Shown here: positions 52,403-62,420 of the stretch, in pieces | Numbering within the stretch: the stretch's first letter is position 1 | Layout: each line of letters opens with the position of its first letter | DNA from: an uncultured Nitrospiraceae bacterium | GTDB lineage: Bacteria; Nitrospirota; Thermodesulfovibrionia; Thermodesulfovibrionales; Dissulfurispiraceae | Assembly: GCA_963705105.1 (NCBI GenBank) | Contig: CAVPIW010000006.1 | Span: 992,001 to 1,056,000, forward strand | Reading direction: 5' to 3' | Length of the DNA: 64,000 nucleotides | The notes under the pieces: model-generated | Told to the model about the DNA's origin: nothing | Database searches by the model: none | The model's input: the letters and a program-made list of their open reading frames with translations, nothing else | Translations under genes and position numbers: made by a program

Positions 52403-54445
52403 ATGAACACACAGGAACCGCAGGACCAGAAAAACATGATCATCGTCAGGCCGGGGATGTCCCCCCGCGATATCGTCGGGGCCGTGAGGTCTCTCAACGG
52501 GGTGATGTTCACCTCCGTCGGCATGCGCGACGCCGGACAGTCGGACTTCAAGAACCGTCATCGCCTGTACGACCTCAAGACGCTCGCTCCCTTCTATGAA
52601 CGGATGGGGCTTTTCAGCGCAGAATGCCACGGCGGCGCGCGGTGGCACGTTGGTGTCATGAACCGCCGGGAAAGCCCCTTCGAAGAGATTGCCGTGCTGA
52701 GGGAGCTCATGCCGGACGTGCTCCTCCAGACGCTGATCAGGGAGACGAACCTCTTCGGGTACCGTCCCTATCCGAAAAACGTCATCGAGCACGTCGTTTC
52801 CGTCGTCGACATCGACGTCTGGCGGTGCTTCTCCTTCCTGAACGACGTGCGCAACATGAGAAGCGTCGCCGAAGTGGTGATGAAGAGGGAGCGTCTCTTC
52901 GAGCCCTCCATCTCCTTCACGACGGCTGACTGGGCGACGAACGACTACTACCTCGGTGTGGTGCGGGACATCGTGGACCTCTGCGGCGGCGTCGGGGAGA
53001 TCGTCCTCTGCGTGAAGGACATGGCCGGCGTCGGCAGCATCACCCGCATCGGCAACCTCATTGACGCGATCAAGCAGAGCTTCCCCGAGATCGTGATCCA
53101 GTACCACCGCCACATAACGGACGGGCTCGCCATGCCGGCCCTCCTCTCGGCCGCCAAGGCGGGGGCGAAGATCGTCGACGTGCAGGAGGACTCCCTCGTG
53201 CGGTTTTACGGGCACAGCCCCATTCTCGCCGTCCAGGCCTTCTTCGAAGAGTCGGGCATCCCTGTCCATCTCGACAGGCGCGAAGCGGAATCGGCGGTCC
53301 GGAAGGTGAGGGAGTGGATCGGTTTCTATGACTGGGCCGAGTCGCCCTTCAAGGGCTTCGACCATACCGTCACGTATCACAAGATGCCCGGAGGCGCCTT
53401 TCCGAGCTCCTTCGAGCAGGCGGCGAAGGGGGAGTTCCTCCACTTCATGCCGGCGATCCTGAAGATGATGTCCCTGTACAACAGGATCATCCATTACTTC
53501 GACGTGACGCCGGGGTCGCAGATCACCTGGGTCACCTGCAGCGGCATCGTCAACCGCTACGCAAAGGAGCGGGGCGAATCGGGGGTACAACACCTCCTCG
53601 ACCTGCTGACGCGCTTCATCGACGAGAGGTCCCTGGACTTTAACGCCATGGAGCCCCACGAGCAGGACGAGCTGCTCGGACTGTTCAGCCACGCACCCGG
53701 CGACTTCAAGAACCTCCTGCTGGGCCATTACGGGAAGCTCCCGATGGGATGGCCCCCCGATTGGGTCTACCGGAGCACCTTCGGCGCCGACTGGAAGAAG
53801 AAGATCAAGGAGCGCAGGGAGACATCACCGCTGGATCTCGTCAAGGATGACGATCTCGGCAGGCTGCGGAGGGAGTTGTCAGAAACGCTCGGCAGGATCC
53901 CGACGGAGGAGGAGTTCATCCTCTTTCTCATGCATCCCAAGGACGCCGTCGAGTACTTCGCCTTCCGGGAGAAGTACGGCGAGGCCCCCCTCGTTCTGCC
54001 CACCGACGTCTGGCATGAGGGCCTCAGGAAACAGGGCGAACGGGTGGACTTCGAGCTCTGGGGGAAACCCTATACGATCGAACTTCTGTCCGTGGGCGCC
54101 GAGCATGACGGCGTCATTCATGTGGTGATGAGGGTGAACAACAAGACCCGCGTGTACACCGTCGAGACGCCGAGGGCGAAAAAGGCCGAAATACGCATGG
54201 CAAAGGGGCCCCTCGACATCGGCACGCCGATCAACGGTACGGTCTGGAGGATCGGCAACCCTCAGAGAGGGACCATCAGGACAGGCGACATCGTCCACAA
54301 GGGAGAAGAGATCGCCAACATCGAGGCGATGAAGATGGAGAACGCCATCGTCGCGCCCTTCGACGGCCAGATCTCCGAAATCTGCATCAAGCTTAACGAC
54401 CAGGTGCAGGAGGGGCAGCTGCTCTTCGTCCTCGAAAAGTCATGA
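52403..54445 (+). CDS. Carboxyltransferase plus biotin-carrier subunit (divergent pyruvate carboxylase subunit B-like)
   Basis: RDAGQS, KDMAG, HxH, MPGG, VTPGSQ, C-terminal EAMKMEN biotinylation motif. Confidence 0.85.
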   Translation: MNTQEPQDQKNMIIVRPGMSPRDIVGAVRSLNGVMFTSVGMRDAGQSDFKNRHRLYDLKTLAPFYERMGLFSAECHGGARWHVGVMNRRESPFEEIAVLRELMPDVLLQTLIRETNLFGYRPYPKNVIEHVVSVVDIDVWRCFSFLNDVRNMRSVAEVVMKRERLFEPSISFTTADWATNDYYLGVVRDIVDLCGGVGEIVLCVKDMAGVGSITRIGNLIDAIKQSFPEIVIQYHRHITDGLAMPALLSAAKAGAKIVDVQEDSLVRFYGHSPILAVQAFFEESGIPVHLDRREAESAVRKVREWIGFYDWAESPFKGFDHTVTYHKMPGGAFPSSFEQAAKGEFLHFMPAILKMMSLYNRIIHYFDVTPGSQITWVTCSGIVNRYAKERGESGVQHLLDLLTRFIDERSLDFNAMEPHEQDELLGLFSHAPGDFKNLLLGHYGKLPMGWPPDWVYRSTFGADWKKKIKERRETSPLDLVKDDDLGRLRRELSETLGRIPTEEEFILFLMHPKDAVEYFAFREKYGEAPLVLPTDVWHEGLRKQGERVDFELWGKPYTIELLSVGAEHDGVIHVVMRVNNKTRVYTVETPRAKKAEIRMAKGPLDIGTPINGTVWRIGNPQRGTIRTGDIVHKGEEIANIEAMKMENAIVAPFDGQISEICIKLNDQVQEGQLLFVLEKS

Positions 54446-54466
54446 CGACACGCTGACCCGGATTCC

Positions 54467-55585
54467 TCACTTCTTCTCGAGCCAACGCACGGGGAAGACC
54501 ATCGTGAAGGTCGTCCCCTTTCCCTCTTCGCTCACGACGGCAATCTGCCCGAGGTGCTCGGAGATGATCTGCTTGATGAGGGAAAGGCCCATGCCGAAGC
54601 GCATCTGCTTCGTCGTGAAAAAGGGATCGAAGATCCTCTCGATCACCCCTGCAGGGATGCCCGGTCCTGTATCGGAGATGGTGAGGGTGACGTTGTCCCT
54701 GCCGCCGGCGCTTGCGACGGTGATTGTCCCCCCCGCCGGGATCACCTCGATGGCGTTTCTCAGGAGGTGAAAAATGGCCGCCCGGAGGAGGTTCTTCTGG
54801 GCATTGATCTTAAGCGGCTCCTCGGAGAGCCGGACATCGATTTTGCCGCCCTTCTCGCCGGCTTCCCTCTCTATTATCGCAATGACATCCCGGAGAATGC
54901 CGTTGATGTCCTCGTAGGAAAAAATGTTCTGTCTCGTTTTGAGCACGTTCTCGAATTCACTGACGATGCCCTCAAGTCTTTCCGCCTCCTGCACGACATC
55001 GGCCAGACTCTCCTTCACCGCATCGGAAAGCTGCCGCTCCTTTTCGAGAAGGCGCTTGCAGGTCCTGCCGATGATCATGGCGGGGTTCCTGACACGGTCG
55101 GCCACGGTCAGCCCCATGAGGCTCATCGTCCTCTCCGCGACGAGGGCCTCGAGTTCCTGATTGAACTCTTCGAGGATCCGCTTGTAGTCCTTCTCCATTC
55201 TCGTCAGCCGGTGGTAATTGATCGCCTTCTCGATGGAGTGAAGCAACTGGGGCGGCTTGTAGGGCTTGATGATGAAATCGAAGGCCCCTTTCTTGATCGC
55301 CTCGACGGCCTTCTCGACATCGGCATACGCTGTCATCAGGATCACCGGCACCTCTCCATCGACGGCGTGGATCTGTTCGAGAAGCTCGATGCCTGACACA
55401 TTCGGCATGACGATATCGGTCAGGACGACATCGCACCTGCTTTCGCCGAAAAGCGCCATCGCCTCCGCTGCGTTCTGCGCACCCGTGATCCTGAAGCCGA
55501 ACTGGGTGAGCAGAAGGGTGACCGACTGCAGAACAAAAGGGTCGTCATCGACGATGAGGATCGATCCGGAATGTTTCTCTATCAT
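54467..55585 (-). CDS. REC plus kinase-like protein lacking the phospho-acceptor His (ADRVRNP)
   Basis: Intact receiver (VDDD, LTDIVMP, MTAY, IKP); HATPase RNAIE, DTGPGI, FDPFFTTK, FGMGL. Confidence 0.85.
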   Translation of the reverse strand: MIEKHSGSILIVDDDPFVLQSVTLLLTQFGFRITGAQNAAEAMALFGESRCDVVLTDIVMPNVSGIELLEQIHAVDGEVPVILMTAYADVEKAVEAIKKGAFDFIIKPYKPPQLLHSIEKAINYHRLTRMEKDYKRILEEFNQELEALVAERTMSLMGLTVADRVRNPAMIIGRTCKRLLEKERQLSDAVKESLADVVQEAERLEGIVSEFENVLKTRQNIFSYEDINGILRDVIAIIEREAGEKGGKIDVRLSEEPLKINAQKNLLRAAIFHLLRNAIEVIPAGGTITVASAGGRDNVTLTISDTGPGIPAGVIERIFDPFFTTKQMRFGMGLSLIKQIISEHLGQIAVVSEEGKGTTFTMVFPVRWLEKK

Positions 55586-58500
55586 GCTTCGAGCACCTGC
55601 CTGACTTTCTTGAGAAGGTCCTTCGGAGTAACGGGTTTTGTGATGAAGTTGATCCCCTCTTCGAGAATTCCCTTCTTATGAATTATATCGGGTGCATAGC
55701 CGCTCGTGAACAGCACCCTGATGCCGGGCTGCATCGCCGCAATCTCCTCGTAAGCCTCCTTGCCGTTTTTCTTCGGCATGATGACATCGAAGAGCAGGAG
55801 CCTGACCGTGTCTTTGTTTTCCTTGAATTTCCTCACGGCGTCTTCACCGTCCACGGCCTCGATCACGTCATAGCCGAACCTCTCGAGCATGGCCTTCGTG
55901 ATCTTCCGCACCTCCGGTTCATCCTCGGCGACGAGAATGGTCTCCGTTCCGCCCTGCAGGGCGGTCTCTTCCTTCAATCCCGCCTTCTGCACATCGCTCT
56001 TGATCAGGGGGAAGTAGATCCTGAACGTCGTGCCCTTCCCGGGCTCGCTGTCAACGTTGATGTATCCGTTGTGCTGCCTGATAATGCCATACACGATGGA
56101 AAGTCCGAGGCCCGTCCCCTTGCCGACCTCCTTGGTTGTGAAGAACGGTTCGAATATGCGCTCTTTCGTCTTTTCGTCCATCCCTACCCCTGTGTCCGTG
56201 ACGGAGATGACGGCGTACGCGCCGGGCTCCCCGAATCCGTAGTGCTGGATGAACTCGGTGTTGATCTCGGCACGGGCCGTCTCGATGGAGAGGACACCGC
56301 CGTCGGGCATCGCGTCGCGGGAATTGGTGACGAGATTCATGAGCACCTGCTCGATCTGACCGCTGTCCCCCATGATCATGAGGTCATCTTCTGCCACCAG
56401 GGTCCGGAGCTCGATATCCTCACCGATGAGCCGGGACAGGAGCTTTTCGACCCTCCTGATGACTTCGTTCACGTCGATCGGCTTCAGGAAGATGATTTGT
56501 TTCCTGCTGAAGGCAAGGAGGCTCTGGGTGAGGTTGGCCGCCTTGTCCGCCAGTGTGAGGATTTGGTCCACATGGGGGCGGGACGGATCATCGTCGCTCA
56601 TGATCATCTGGAGGAGGCTGCCATATCCGATGATCGCGGTCAGGATGTTGTTGAAATCATGAGCAATGCCGCCTGCGAGCTGTCCGACGGCCTCGAGCTT
56701 CTGGGAGTGCCGCAGCTGCTCCTCGAGCCTCTTCTGCTCCGTAATGTCCTCCTGGACTTCGAGGAAATGGGTGATGACGCCCTCACTGCTTCTGATCGGG
56801 GAAATCGACACCGACGCCCAGTAGAGATCGCCGTTCTTTTTCCTGTTGTGGAAGATGCCGCGCCATTCGCCCCCTTTCATGATCGTCTCCCAGAGCTTGC
56901 CGTACTCCTCAGGGGGAGTTTCGCCCGACTTGAGAATGCGCGGGTTCTGACCGAGCACCTCCTCGACGGCGTATCCCGTCATCTGGACGAACCGGGGATT
57001 GACATACTCGATGACCGCCTTCGCATCGGTAATCATCACCGCCGTAGGGCTCTGCTCGACAGCCCTGAAAAGCTTTCTGAGCTGCTGCTCGACGATCTTG
57101 CGCTCCGTGATGTCCGTCAGGATCGAGAGGGCTGCCCGCTCACCCCGGTATGTGATGATCTTCGCCGATGCGAGGACGTCGAAGCCGGTCCCGTCGATGC
57201 GTTTCAACCGCAGTTCGTAATTGTTGACGTAGCCCCGGCTGAGGAGCTCCCACATGAACCTCTCCCGGTCCCGGCGGTCTGCATAAAGATCGTCAATGCT
57301 CATGGCGAGACGGGTTCCCGCGCTGCCGCCGAAGAAGGGCGTCACCAGGCCGTTGCCGAAGAGGATCCGGCCGCTCTCCAGATGGGTGATGAGGACCGGC
57401 AGGGGAATGGATTCGACGAGGGAACGGAAGAGCTCCTCGCTCACCTTGAGCTCCTCCTCGGCCCTCTTCCGTTCCAGGGCGTTGACGAAAATCTCGCCGA
57501 GGAACTTGAGCATCGTGATGTCTTCTTCGAGCCATGTCTTCGTGATCCTGACCTGCTCGACGCCGAGAAACCCCCTGAGCGTTTTACCGTACACCATGGG
57601 GACGATGATCAGGCACTGGATGTCCCGGGAGGCGAAAAAGTCCCTCTCATGAGCGGCGTCGGCGGGCATCTCTGCGATCCTGTGAATATGAATGCTCTCG
57701 AACCCCCGGAGCTTTCTCACGAGCCATGGGAAGTCCGCGACGTCCATGACCGACGGGACGCCGCTGTCGGCCCTGGCGCTGTTCCCCGACCATTCATGGC
57801 TCCGTGAGAGCGTCGAGCCGTCGGCGCTGAAAAGAAACACATAACCCCTGTCGATGCCGGCGAATTCGCCGATCGTCTGCAGGGCCTTTCGGATGCCGCC
57901 GTCGATCTCCAGGAGCGAGAGGTTGATGAAGTTCGTTGAGATCGTGGCGATGTGTTTCTCCATCGTCGCGCGGTACTGGAGCTCGCGGTTCGCCTCGGCC
58001 AGTTCCTGGCGGGAAAAGCGCAGGTCGTCGGCGATCTGCTTGATCGACTGCGAGATCTCTTCGCGCTCCTTTTCGGTCAGGACAAACCTGTTGCCGCAGA
58101 TGATGGCGGCCATGGACGATCCGATGGCGCCGGAAAGGATGCGTTCGGCCTCGTTCCTCAGCTCATGGATATCACGGGATGTCAGCTCCTCCCTCGACTT
58201 CCCCTTGCGGTCGACAAAATTCCTGACTGCCTCGTGGGCCTCCATTTTGCCGAGGTACTGGCCGAGGATCGCCTCGACGTCCCTGATGTCATAGGTGCCG
58301 ACTCCGATCTGCCTCACCTTCTCGTAGGACTCGACGAAGATGAGGGACTGGATCTCCTCGTCCTTGGTCTGCTTCGTCATGATCGACAGTCCGATGTAGC
58401 AGAGAAGATTGAATAGCAGGCTCCACAGGAGGGAGTGGCTCCATTTTCCGAGCCCGGTGATGCCGAAGAGGCTGTTGGGGTTGAACATCTCCGAGCCGAC

Positions 58501-59910
58501 AATGCCGCCCATCAGGCCGGCGCTCTCGATGAGTCCCGCCTTCATGAGGGCCGGGACGAGGAGGGTGTAAAACCAGATGATGAAACCCGCCGTGATGCCG
58601 GCAATGGCGCCCGTGCGGTTTCCCTTTTTCCAGTAGAGCCCGAGAATGAAGGCGGGAGCGAAGAGCGTGACCGCCTCGAAGGACTTGAGCCCCATGTCGA
58701 CGAGGCTGTAGAACTCTCCGACAAGGACCGCGAAGAGATAGCCGAGAAAGACGATGGCGAGGATCACCATGCGCTTGATGTTCAGGATGATCGCCGGAAA
58801 CCGGGCCGCCTCATGATAACGGACGAGGGTCGGCATGATTATGCTGTTCATGACCATCGTGCTCAGTGCCAGGGCCTCGACGATGACCATGCCGATGGCT
58901 GCCGAGAACCCCCCGATAAAGACGAAGAGCGACAAAAGCTGCTGCCCGTGGCTCAGAGGAATTGTCAGGACGAAGGAGTCCGCTTCCGCCGGCGTTCCGC
59001 CGAGGAGCAGGCCGCCGAGGGCGATGGGCAGGACGAAAATGTTTATCAGGAGCAGGTACAGGGGGAAGAGCCAGGCCGCCTTCGAGATATGGGCCTCGTC
59101 GTAATTCTCCACCACCGCCATCTGAAACTGCCGGGGAAGAAACATGATCGCCATCATCGAAATCAGGAGGAGCGCGAACCACTCGCCGTAATCGGTCCCG
59201 CTCCCCGGCCCGAGTGAGAGAAGCGACGCATTGACCGTCCCCTGGACCCGGAAGAAGATATCGAGGAAACCGTCGAAGAGGTGATAGGTGACGAAGATGC
59301 CGACGAGGAGAAAAGCCGCGAGCTTCACGATCGATTCAAAGGCGATGGCGAAGACGAGGCCGCTGTGGCGCTCCGACTGTTGGAGGCTCCGCGCCCCGAA
59401 GATGACGGCGAAGACCCCGAGAATCAGAGTAATGAACAGCCCTGCGGCGATGCTGACCGTTGTCTTCCCCGTGATGATCGTCAGGGTGGTGATGATCGCC
59501 TTGATCTGGAGTCCCATGTACGGCGTGATCCCGATGACGGCGACGATGGCGGTGAGGGCCGACAGTGCCAGGGACTGACCGTACCGGGAGCCGAAAAAGT
59601 CCGAAATGGTGGTGATCCTGTTCGCCCGGGCGATCCTGACGACTTTCCGGAGAATGACAAGCCAGAGGGTTGCCATGAGGGTCGGTCCGAGGTACACGGG
59701 CAGAAAAGAGAGTCCCGAGGTGGCCGCTTTTCCGACGCTGCCGTAAAAAGTCCAGGATGTGCAATATACAGCGAGAGACAAAGAATAAATATAGGGGTTG
59801 TTGACGATACTCCGGCCTTCCTGCTCTCTCTTCTCTGCGTAATAGGCGGCGGCGAAGAGAAAGAGGAGGTAACAGAAGACGATGAAGAAGAGACTGAATG
59901 GTTCAAACAC
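55582..59910 (-). CDS. CbrA/CrbS-like SLC5 transporter-fused hybrid sensor kinase (SSS-STAC-GAF-PAS-PAS-HK-REC)
   Basis: YSLSLAVYCTSWTFYGSVG, ITTISDFFGSRYG, IAFESIVKL, FLPRQFQMAVVEN, LSGAIGSSMA, AHDFNNIL, GTGLGL, C-terminal receiver. Confidence 0.9.
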   Translation of the reverse strand: MFEPFSLFFIVFCYLLFLFAAAYYAEKREQEGRSIVNNPYIYSLSLAVYCTSWTFYGSVGKAATSGLSFLPVYLGPTLMATLWLVILRKVVRIARANRITTISDFFGSRYGQSLALSALTAIVAVIGITPYMGLQIKAIITTLTIITGKTTVSIAAGLFITLILGVFAVIFGARSLQQSERHSGLVFAIAFESIVKLAAFLLVGIFVTYHLFDGFLDIFFRVQGTVNASLLSLGPGSGTDYGEWFALLLISMMAIMFLPRQFQMAVVENYDEAHISKAAWLFPLYLLLINIFVLPIALGGLLLGGTPAEADSFVLTIPLSHGQQLLSLFVFIGGFSAAIGMVIVEALALSTMVMNSIIMPTLVRYHEAARFPAIILNIKRMVILAIVFLGYLFAVLVGEFYSLVDMGLKSFEAVTLFAPAFILGLYWKKGNRTGAIAGITAGFIIWFYTLLVPALMKAGLIESAGLMGGIVGSEMFNPNSLFGITGLGKWSHSLLWSLLFNLLCYIGLSIMTKQTKDEEIQSLIFVESYEKVRQIGVGTYDIRDVEAILGQYLGKMEAHEAVRNFVDRKGKSREELTSRDIHELRNEAERILSGAIGSSMAAIICGNRFVLTEKEREEISQSIKQIADDLRFSRQELAEANRELQYRATMEKHIATISTNFINLSLLEIDGGIRKALQTIGEFAGIDRGYVFLFSADGSTLSRSHEWSGNSARADSGVPSVMDVADFPWLVRKLRGFESIHIHRIAEMPADAAHERDFFASRDIQCLIIVPMVYGKTLRGFLGVEQVRITKTWLEEDITMLKFLGEIFVNALERKRAEEELKVSEELFRSLVESIPLPVLITHLESGRILFGNGLVTPFFGGSAGTRLAMSIDDLYADRRDRERFMWELLSRGYVNNYELRLKRIDGTGFDVLASAKIITYRGERAALSILTDITERKIVEQQLRKLFRAVEQSPTAVMITDAKAVIEYVNPRFVQMTGYAVEEVLGQNPRILKSGETPPEEYGKLWETIMKGGEWRGIFHNRKKNGDLYWASVSISPIRSSEGVITHFLEVQEDITEQKRLEEQLRHSQKLEAVGQLAGGIAHDFNNILTAIIGYGSLLQMIMSDDDPSRPHVDQILTLADKAANLTQSLLAFSRKQIIFLKPIDVNEVIRRVEKLLSRLIGEDIELRTLVAEDDLMIMGDSGQIEQVLMNLVTNSRDAMPDGGVLSIETARAEINTEFIQHYGFGEPGAYAVISVTDTGVGMDEKTKERIFEPFFTTKEVGKGTGLGLSIVYGIIRQHNGYINVDSEPGKGTTFRIYFPLIKSDVQKAGLKEETALQGGTETILVAEDEPEVRKITKAMLERFGYDVIEAVDGEDAVRKFKENKDTVRLLLFDVIMPKKNGKEAYEEIAAMQPGIRVLFTSGYAPDIIHKKGILEEGINFITKPVTPKDLLKKVRQVLEA

Positions 59911-59951
59911 CCGTCACACCGGAAGTCTCAGGGTTTCGTTATTTTCATTTG

Positions 59952-60156
59952 CCTGCCCCCTTGCCTTACACACTCCCGGGAAAGGCGGGGCGTATACGCC
60001 GAAAACCTTGATGCGGCGACACCTTACCCGTCACAGAAGGCAGTGTTTCGAACCAATGGTCGAAGAAATGAGCCTTTTTCCCGACACTCACACTGTCACT
60101 GACACTCACACTTTTTTTTAGAGTGCTTCGCCCCTCCTTTCTATGCAACTGCAAGG
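59952..60156 (+). mobile_element. MITE family A variant (degenerate left TIR, hexamer interior)
   Basis: CACTCCCGGGAAAGGCGGGGCG...TGCAACTGCAAGG; closely similar to the 10939 copy. Confidence 0.75.
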
Positions 60157-60178
60157 TTTACTCCGGGTCAATGTCACG

Positions 60179-60355
60179 TCATGTCCGCCTGTCGCCGTCC
60201 GATTTCCGCGTCGAAAACGCTATAAGGGCGATTATGACGATCCAGACGCCGAAGAGGTACACAACCGTCTCGCGACGGAAGATCTCCAGGAGCGGCCAGT
60301 TGAGACCGACGAGCCCCAGGATAAAAATGAATACCCATATTTCCGTTCTTTTCAT
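60179..60355 (-). CDS. Small two-TM membrane protein (58 aa), CbrX-like partner of the SLC5 kinase
   Basis: MKRTEIWVFIFILGLVGLNWPLLEIF...VYLFGVWIVIIALIAF, located just upstream of the SLC5 kinase. Confidence 0.7.
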   Translation of the reverse strand: MKRTEIWVFIFILGLVGLNWPLLEIFRRETVVYLFGVWIVIIALIAFSTRKSDGDRRT

Positions 60356-60511
60356 CCCTTCACCCTCTCCGGAGCCCGTCATTCAGCGGCATTCGACCCT
60401 TTTTAAGCAAACTATACCATAAAAAAAGGGCCGATGCAAAAAAGCGGCAAGGCAGTGGCAGTGTGAGTGTCAGTGTAAGTAAAAGGGCCGCGTTATTCAA
60501 ACATGCGCCTG

Positions 60512-60882
60512 AACGACGCCCTTTGGTTCGGCATGGTGACCCGTTGAACACAAGACGAACAACCTCACACTCACACTGACACTGCTCGTCTCTTTACCTT
60601 ATCGTTGCAATAAGACATCCGGAAGGGCGGGGCGAAGATGCCGAAAAGTCTTGGTGCTGAGAAACCTTTGCCTTCCCATACGGATGATGCCAGGCTGACG
60701 GTTGATGACACAAAGGGTGGAATCCCGAAGTCCAATCTCAAATGATCATGCTCGCTATCAGCAAGGCTTTGAGGCACTTCGCCCCGCCTTTTCATGCAAC
60801 TCGACGGTAAACGACGCCCTTTGGTTCGGCATGGTGACCAGTTGAAAACAAGACGAACAACCTCACACTCACACTGACACTG
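60512..60882. repeat. 73-bp direct repeats (60512-60584 and 60810-60882) flanking a MITE copy
   Basis: AACGACGCCCTTTGGTTCGGCATGGTGACC...CTCACACTCACACTGACACTG occurs twice with 2 mismatches. Confidence 0.85.
60597..60807 (+). mobile_element. Divergent MITE family A copy
   Basis: CCTTATCGTTGCAA...GATGACACAAAG...CAGCAAGGCTTTGAGGC...TGCAACTCGACGG. Flanks TTTA/TAAA do not form a clean TSD. Confidence 0.75.
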
Positions 60883-60886
60883 TTCG

Positions 60887-62380
60887 CTACTCCTTTTCCA
60901 TCCACCGGACGGGGAAAACCATGGTCAAGGCGGTCCCCTTGCCCGGCTCGCTCTCGACCCTGAGCTCCCCGAGGTGCTCGGACACGACCTGTTTGACGAT
61001 GGGCAGTCCCATGCCGAACCGGAACTGTTTCGTACTGAAGAAGGGATCGAAAATTTTCTCGATATCCTCTTGCCCAATGCCCGGGCCGGTGTCCGATACG
61101 CCCAGGGACACCGTTTCGCGGTCAGCCTTCGTGGTGACCGTGATCTCACCCCCGGCGGGAGTCGCCTCGATGGCATTGCGGATGACGTGGAAGATGGCGA
61201 CGCGGAGCAGGTTTCTCTGCGTGTTGATCTTGAGCGGTCCCTCCGCGAGTTTCACCACCACGGAGACCCCCTTGTCGAGCGCCTCTTTTTCTATGGCGGA
61301 CATGACGACACTGACGATGGCGTTCATGTCCTCATAGCGGAACATGGACTTCTTGCTCTTCAGGAGGGTCTCAAAGTTCCTGACGATGGTCTCGAGCTTT
61401 TCCGACTCTTCGATGACGCTCTTCAGTTCATCTTGGAGGGTCTCGGGCAGGCGGCCCTTTTGAATAAGGCGCTTGCAGGTCCAGCTGATCACAGAGGCGG
61501 GATTTCGCACTTTGTCTGCAACGGTGAGGGCCATGACGCTCATGGTCCTCTCGGCGATAAGCGTCTCCAGTTCCTCGTTCAGCTCCGTCAGGTCGGCATT
61601 GATCGCCTCTATCTTTTTCCTGCTGCCCTCGACCTGATTATAGAGGTTCGTGAAACGAACATGGATGATGAGAAAAACGGCGCTGAAGAAAATCGTGTAG
61701 AGACCGACGAAAATCCCGACGCTCTTTTTTGCCGCGGCAAGGGGCACCTCGATCGGTATGTAGACGATCTTGGCGTCGATCAATTCCCCGACGGTCCTGC
61801 CGAAGCCGGCCAGTTTTCCGTACCTCGTGACGACTTCCGCGGGCGCCGCCGAAGGATCGCCGTGACAGTACAGGCAGGCGCTGTCGATCGGCTCCCCGGG
61901 CCGGGCCAGGACGTAGTACTGTTCGCCGTCCTTCGTCCTGAACCCCTGCCAGTCCCTGATTTTACGGTCCCTGATAAAAGTCCTGATGACGTCGGCCTCG
62001 AAGTCGTCAGCGAGATTCAGGGGGTTCATGGGGTTCGACAGGGCGGCGTTCTTGTACTTGAACCCCCCGTATTCGCTGTAAATCCTCCGGGCGATGCTGT
62101 TCGCCACGTAGGAACGCGACATCCCCTCGAGCACGAATTTTCCGGGAATGGCCCGGTAGAGGGACGGCCTCAGTTCGTCGGCGACGTAGTGCTTCGTCGC
62201 CTCGACGGAGGTCAGGTAGAGTTTCCCGGTGGTGTAGGCGTCACTGATCGCGTTGTCCCTCAGGATGAAATACGTTATGGACGATATGATCGGGACGGAG
62301 ACGATATAGATGACGATGAGCAGGAGGAGGAACTTCCTCCTCGGATCGATGATCGGCGGGATGCCTGAACGGGTCGTCAT
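60887..62380 (-). CDS. Membrane sensor with periplasmic c-type heme (DUF3365-like) domain and His-less kinase module (ADKVRNP)
   Basis: Two TM helices, NPMNPLNLADDFE, CLYCHG heme motif, HATPase RNAIEA, DTGPGI, FGMGL. Confidence 0.87.
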   Translation of the reverse strand: MTTRSGIPPIIDPRRKFLLLLIVIYIVSVPIISSITYFILRDNAISDAYTTGKLYLTSVEATKHYVADELRPSLYRAIPGKFVLEGMSRSYVANSIARRIYSEYGGFKYKNAALSNPMNPLNLADDFEADVIRTFIRDRKIRDWQGFRTKDGEQYYVLARPGEPIDSACLYCHGDPSAAPAEVVTRYGKLAGFGRTVGELIDAKIVYIPIEVPLAAAKKSVGIFVGLYTIFFSAVFLIIHVRFTNLYNQVEGSRKKIEAINADLTELNEELETLIAERTMSVMALTVADKVRNPASVISWTCKRLIQKGRLPETLQDELKSVIEESEKLETIVRNFETLLKSKKSMFRYEDMNAIVSVVMSAIEKEALDKGVSVVVKLAEGPLKINTQRNLLRVAIFHVIRNAIEATPAGGEITVTTKADRETVSLGVSDTGPGIGQEDIEKIFDPFFSTKQFRFGMGLPIVKQVVSEHLGELRVESEPGKGTALTMVFPVRWMEKE

Positions 62381-62420
62381 GCCCTCTCATTGCCGGTGAC
62401 GGTCGTCACCGGGCGTCTCC

